NCBI GenBank assembly: GCA_016699425.1
Contig: CP064975.1
Span: forward strand, 526,098-590,097
DNA length: 64,000 nt
Direction: 5' to 3'
Source: Candidatus Moraniibacteriota bacterium
GTDB taxonomy: Bacteria; Patescibacteriota; Minisyncoccia; Moranbacterales; UBA1568
The notes under the pieces are model-generated. The model ran no database searches. It saw only the letters and a list, made by a program, of their open reading frames with translations, and was not told where the DNA came from. The translations under genes and the position numbers were made by a program. This document shows, one piece after another, positions 59,820 through 64,000 of this stretch (position 1 is its first letter; every line of letters starts with the position of its first letter).

Positions 59820-61763
59820 TTACTGCTTGTCGCCCTTCCAGGTGTCACCGAAACGGATGCTCTCGATGTACCCCCGGCGGTTTTCCTCGACAGTGATGCC
59901 GCGGTCTGCCGCTTCGACGACCATTTGGTGCTTGCGATGGACTGCTCGTCCGACGCGGATGCCTTTGACGACATCGCACCACCACCCCCAGGCCGCGACA
60001 TCACCGCCGCGCAAGAGGTCATGGTCGATACCCGCACCGATACCGCAGATGCGGTTCGTGTCAGCGATGCCCAGACGGGCACTCAGCGACTCGGACGACG
60101 GAGTTTCGAGGAAGTAGCCAAGCTGCGCATATGGCAACACGACCGAGTCCTCGTCCTCGTACAGCCACACGCGTACACCAGCATTGGCATACACCCCGAA
60201 CCGAGAAAGCTCCTCGGTATCAGCAATCGCTTGACCGTCCCAGCTATGGTAAACGGCGCGCGACAGTGGTATGGCGAGGGTCCCAAAGACTTGCGTCTCA
60301 GGGATCAACGGTTCACCGCGGAGGCGGCGCTCGTAGTTGTTGTACCCCGCCGAGAGACCGACAAGATTGAAGTCCCGGCGGGACTCGTACTTGTCTTGGT
60401 GGAACCGCTCATGGAGTTGGCCCACCATCGGGAGAGACACTTCCGTATCCCAACCGTCATCCGAGATGTACTCGTACGCCGGCCCGACTAAGTGCATGTG
60501 ACCAGTGTACTTTCCAGCCCGTTGGTTCACGGTCCCACTCCAACTCGAAGCGGTCAGCTTGGCACCGAGGCCATGCGTCCCATCGTCATCTTCATTCCGC
60601 CAGGTGCAGTACAGCGCGGCGGCGAGGAAGTTCGAGTCAGCTTGGTCACCACCGTCGTGCCGCGGCTCATGCTCTTGGCCAATGACCAAATGCGGGTCGA
60701 AGCGGTTACAGAACCCCTTGGGCGCATCGGCCTGAGGAGTGGGAGCCGGTCCTTCTGACGCAACAACGATAGCAGGTTCTGGTGGCGGGGTTTCCGCGAC
60801 TGGGGGCTCCGCTGGAGGCGGAGGCGGTGCAAAGACCGTCTTCTCCTCGGGGAGGATGACCCAGTTGAAACAGTTCCGCATCCAGACGAGCATCTTGCCC
60901 GACGGGAGAACGAACCGCTCACCATAGACCGCCGTCTTCGCATCCCACGCCGTACGCATGGGACCGATGGCGACCACTTTGCCAGCCCGGCAAAAGGTGA
61001 CTTGTTCCAGTCGGACATTCGTCTCGATCTGGTACAGGCCCTCTTCCACCGTGAAGTGGATACGCGGACCGCCAATGAGGTCAGCGTGTTCACGTAGGTA
61101 CACCCGGTCGTCATCCGACAGACCGAGGACTTCCCACGCTTCTTCACTGATGCTCGCGATGGTGCGCTTGCCGCAACCATTGAGCGGTGCGGTACCGACG
61201 CGACGATACAGGATTTCGCCCGCATCATTCGTCTTCGGTGCAACCACAACTGGCCGATATGTCCGTGTCACGCGCTTGGCGATGACAGGTTTGTCAGCTA
61301 GTACAGCAGTCGCAGGCTTTGCGTCTGCAGGCTTGGTAGCCGGCTTCGCTACGACCTCGACCACGGTCTTGGTTTCCCGGGGCGTGATGCCTGCGGGGAG
61401 CTTCAAGACTTGGCCCACTTCGATGTGATCGCAGTTGGCAAGCTTGTTTAGTTCACAGACCACCTTGGCCTGTTTACCGAACTTCTTCAACAACTGATCG
61501 CCCCGCTGGACCGTATAGGTCTCAGAGGGAACCTTCACTGCTGGAGTCGCAGGAACACTCGGCTTTTCAGCCGCTTTGGCAGTGCCGATCTTCCCTTGCA
61601 CCTGCTGCTGTGCCATTGCTTCTGGCACCAGCATGTTACTGTACGGCCAGTACTCGAGACCGATGAAGGTCCAGAGTGCCGTCAGCACAATCAATTGCCA
61701 GACGGGTGTCCGGCACTTCGATACGTTCTTCATTTTACCGGCCTCCTTCGCCGTTGAATTCAA
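59820..61763 (-). CDS. Large secreted LysM-domain protein with a Pro-rich linker
   Basis: LysM-like YTVQRGDQLLKKFG…VGQVLKLP. PPPPPAEPPVAETPPPEP linker. The likely start is the internal MKNVSK near 61733. Confidence 0.6.
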   Translation of the reverse strand: MNSTAKEAGKMKNVSKCRTPVWQLIVLTALWTFIGLEYWPYSNMLVPEAMAQQQVQGKIGTAKAAEKPSVPATPAVKVPSETYTVQRGDQLLKKFGKQAKVVCELNKLANCDHIEVGQVLKLPAGITPRETKTVVEVVAKPATKPADAKPATAVLADKPVIAKRVTRTYRPVVVAPKTNDAGEILYRRVGTAPLNGCGKRTIASISEEAWEVLGLSDDDRVYLREHADLIGGPRIHFTVEEGLYQIETNVRLEQVTFCRAGKVVAIGPMRTAWDAKTAVYGERFVLPSGKMLVWMRNCFNWVILPEEKTVFAPPPPPAEPPVAETPPPEPAIVVASEGPAPTPQADAPKGFCNRFDPHLVIGQEHEPRHDGGDQADSNFLAAALYCTWRNEDDDGTHGLGAKLTASSWSGTVNQRAGKYTGHMHLVGPAYEYISDDGWDTEVSLPMVGQLHERFHQDKYESRRDFNLVGLSAGYNNYERRLRGEPLIPETQVFGTLAIPLSRAVYHSWDGQAIADTEELSRFGVYANAGVRVWLYEDEDSVVLPYAQLGYFLETPSSESLSARLGIADTNRICGIGAGIDHDLLRGGDVAAWGWWCDVVKGIRVGRAVHRKHQMVVEAADRGITVEENRRGYIESIRFGDTWKGDKQ

Positions 61764-61880
61764 GTGAGAAATTCAAGAACCAAGGTGGGTCGATCTGAGC
61801 GACCCACGCCTGGCACCTGGATAGGTACGAGACAATCGGGTCGCTCATGATGAGCTACTCCTTTCTGCAAACTCGCTTAC

Positions 61881-62765
61881 TTAATGCATGCAGTCGTCTT
61901 TCGCGAGCGCCATGCCCGCTTGGACGGCATACATGCCGGCTACCACTGGTGCGGCTGCGACTGATCCGCTCCCGAGCTTCAAGCTCGTGCACGAAATCAT
62001 CCGATCTGCCGCGTTTTCAACCGAGGTGAACTCGGCGAGGACAGTCGCGATGTCAGGAGTACCGACATAGGCACCGTCCCGGTCCCGCAAGAAGAAGCGA
62101 GCGGGGAACATTCCAGCCACACCATCGAGGGCCTGGCGAGCATGCTCATTGTCGATCGGGTTCAGGCGGATCACCTGCGTCACAGCGGACGGATGATCCG
62201 TGAAGAACCCAGCCGGGAGCCGATCCGGGGCGAACCCCTTCTCAAACTCCACTTTTCCCCCACGGACCGTCATCCCCCATTTCCCGCCCGAAGACAGGAT
62301 AAGGAGAGACTTCCCACGGACACGTTCCATGTCGACAATCGGTACGAAGACGGTGAAGCCCTGTACTAAACGGTCGACGACCGCATCATAGGTCTGGATT
62401 TCTCCGGGGCCCATGAAGACGATAGCCCGAAACACCAGTCTCACGAGCGGCTTCCGGGACTTGCGTGGACCATCCTTCACTTCATAGGTTCGAGCTGGAT
62501 CCACAAATTCTTCCCGCCAATACTCCGGCAAAGGTTGTGGCAATGTAACATACACTGCCCCCACACCAGCTGGTGTGAATACCTCTCGACTGATTGAGCG
62601 GTTCTGCCATGGCTCTTGGCGGCCGATTGCCTCGACTGTCCGGACCTCGTACCCGCTTTCGCGAGGGAGAGACGAACAGCCACCGAGAAACAACATAGCG
62701 AGAAGCATTCCCGCCACAAAAGATTTTTGCAACATGGGAACCTCCCGTACTTGAGTTGAATTCAA
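61881..62765 (-). CDS. Lipoprotein, hypothetical
   Basis: Lipobox LFLGGCSS after a hydrophobic signal. The start may be the internal MLQKSF. Confidence 0.6.
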   Translation of the reverse strand: MNSTQVREVPMLQKSFVAGMLLAMLFLGGCSSLPRESGYEVRTVEAIGRQEPWQNRSISREVFTPAGVGAVYVTLPQPLPEYWREEFVDPARTYEVKDGPRKSRKPLVRLVFRAIVFMGPGEIQTYDAVVDRLVQGFTVFVPIVDMERVRGKSLLILSSGGKWGMTVRGGKVEFEKGFAPDRLPAGFFTDHPSAVTQVIRLNPIDNEHARQALDGVAGMFPARFFLRDRDGAYVGTPDIATVLAEFTSVENAADRMISCTSLKLGSGSVAAAPVVAGMYAVQAGMALAKDDCMH

Positions 62766-62895
62766 AACCTGGTTGTTAAGTGACTTAATCGAAACCTTTC
62801 CTCTGGAGTACTTCCCTCAAGTGAGAGAAACGATCCAGAGGAAGCTTCGGTCGGCCCGCTACCGCGGAGTAAAGCCGAAGCCCTCTTTCAAATAC

Positions 62896-63543
62896 TTAGT
62901 GTTGTGCGAAAGAAACCGCCTTGCCACCGGGATGGTCCGCTTGCTTCAACACAATCCAGGTCGCGCGGACAAAGACGCCGGCGAGAAAGCCGAGCACCGC
63001 GAGGACAAAGAGTTCTTTCGGAGTCGGATTGCGATCAGTGATCGGACCCGAGAGGACACGGACCTCGACAGCTTTCTCCTCGCCACCACGGAACTCCGTG
63101 TTGCGATGAATGAGCACATCGGACAAGGCTTCCATCGTCTTGCCGGCCTCGCGCTCCGTGTCGGCCTTCACCGACACTGAGAGCATGCCGAGCTCGATAT
63201 TCTTTTCGACCGAAACCATCGAGCGCCAAGCCGAGAGCCGTTCCCGTTTGTCGGTCGGGAGGAAACCTTGCGCGCTCACCTTGCCCGTCTCGATGACGGC
63301 ATTGATGAAGCGTTCGCTGTACATCGACTCAGAGAGCACCTTGCCCAGGTATTCAGACGACTTGAAGAGCGTATAGAAGTCCTGAGAACCTGATAATTGT
63401 ACCACCATGAAGTCGGTCCGGACTGCATAGCGTGGCGAGATCGCCGTCTCGACGAAAAAGACCGCGGCAGCAATGAAGAACCCGAACAAGAGGATACTCC
63501 CCTTCTTTTCCTTAAACAAAGCCACAAAATTGGTCATTGGCAT
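62896..63543 (-). CDS. Chain-length-determinant (Wzz)-like small membrane protein
   Basis: Two TM helices flank a ~150-aa periplasmic coiled domain. Confidence 0.5.
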   Translation of the reverse strand: MPMTNFVALFKEKKGSILLFGFFIAAAVFFVETAISPRYAVRTDFMVVQLSGSQDFYTLFKSSEYLGKVLSESMYSERFINAVIETGKVSAQGFLPTDKRERLSAWRSMVSVEKNIELGMLSVSVKADTEREAGKTMEALSDVLIHRNTEFRGGEEKAVEVRVLSGPITDRNPTPKELFVLAVLGFLAGVFVRATWIVLKQADHPGGKAVSFAQH

Positions 63544-63778
63544 AGCCTTTGAGCGATAAAGAGGTAACGCCCGATAGTAGCGAAAAAGAAGACTTTTGTC
63601 AAGCCGGGCGTGATATTCCGATCACTTGGAAACAGCGAAACGAGTTCGTCTCACGGCTTCTGGATATTTCTCGGCCCATCGAAACCGGACGGTCAGAAAA
63701 GAAGACCGCCGTTACCAATTGAACGGTAACGGGGTCAATACGGCTCCTGCGTGTCGCACTCCATGGCCTGACGACTAT

Positions 63779-64000
63779 TCAGAACCAACCCGAGAAACGG
63801 CTCCAAAATTGCAGCCTTATGATGTCGTTCAAGGTGACGAGCACCATGAGGAGGAGGAGGAGAATGAAGCCGATTTGGTGCACATAGCCTTCGATATGTG
63901 TGCTCACCGGTGAGCCTTTGATCTTTTCGATGAGGACGAAGAGGATGCGCCCGCCGTCCAGGGCCGGGATCGGCAAGATGTTGATGATTCCGAGATTGAT
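63779..64000 (-). CDS. rseP: RIP metalloprotease RseP (site-2 protease), C-terminal end; the gene continues beyond the window
   Basis: C-terminal …LLPIPALDGGRILFVLIEKIKGSPVS…FILLLLLMVLVTLNDI matches the RseP C-terminus. The frame is open to position 64000. Confidence 0.75.
   Translation of the reverse strand: MNLGIINILPIPALDGGRILFVLIEKIKGSPVSTHIEGYVHQIGFILLLLLMVLVTLNDIIRLQFWSRFSGWF

Overview
This is a GC-rich (~58-60% GC) bacterial chromosomal segment with strong GC3 codon bias. Most genes lie on the minus strand. The taxon is not determinable from sequence alone.

The housekeeping backbone comprises SecA, HPF, a GlmU-type uridyltransferase domain, MurB, MurC, MurG, FtsW and TrmD. It also includes an ADP-forming acetyl-CoA synthetase, GT4 glycosyltransferases with Wzz-like and Wzy-like proteins, tRNA-Ala(CGC), and the 3' end of rseP.

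Accessory content is concentrated between ~21.3 and 33 kb. Two divergent AbiEi/AbiEii (type IV toxin-antitoxin, TA) cassettes, each bounded by direct repeats, flank a five-gene SipW/TasA-type secreted-fibre locus. That locus has four proteins with SipW-cognate signal peptides and a SipW-like signal peptidase split by a homopolymer frameshift. A Fic-domain gene follows.

Further on, a ~748-aa secreted M23-peptidase fusion gene has been broken twice by two copies of a 1.2-kb IS1-family element. Each copy has its own 9-bp target duplication and 24-bp terminal inverted repeats. Each transposase ORF is disrupted by different homopolymer indels.

Other notable content:
- A dense minus-strand cluster of nucleotide house-cleaning genes (3 NUDIX, 3 HD, ASCH, DUF3850, NDT-like) upstream of secA.
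- A DUF3999/DUF2339-type envelope pair.
- Two tandem paralogous membrane proteins next to a DUF4012-type/Wzz-like/GT4 polysaccharide cluster.
- Several AT-rich, probably horizontally acquired, genes.

Many large antisense ORFs in the six-frame track are shadow ORFs typical of GC-rich DNA and were not called.
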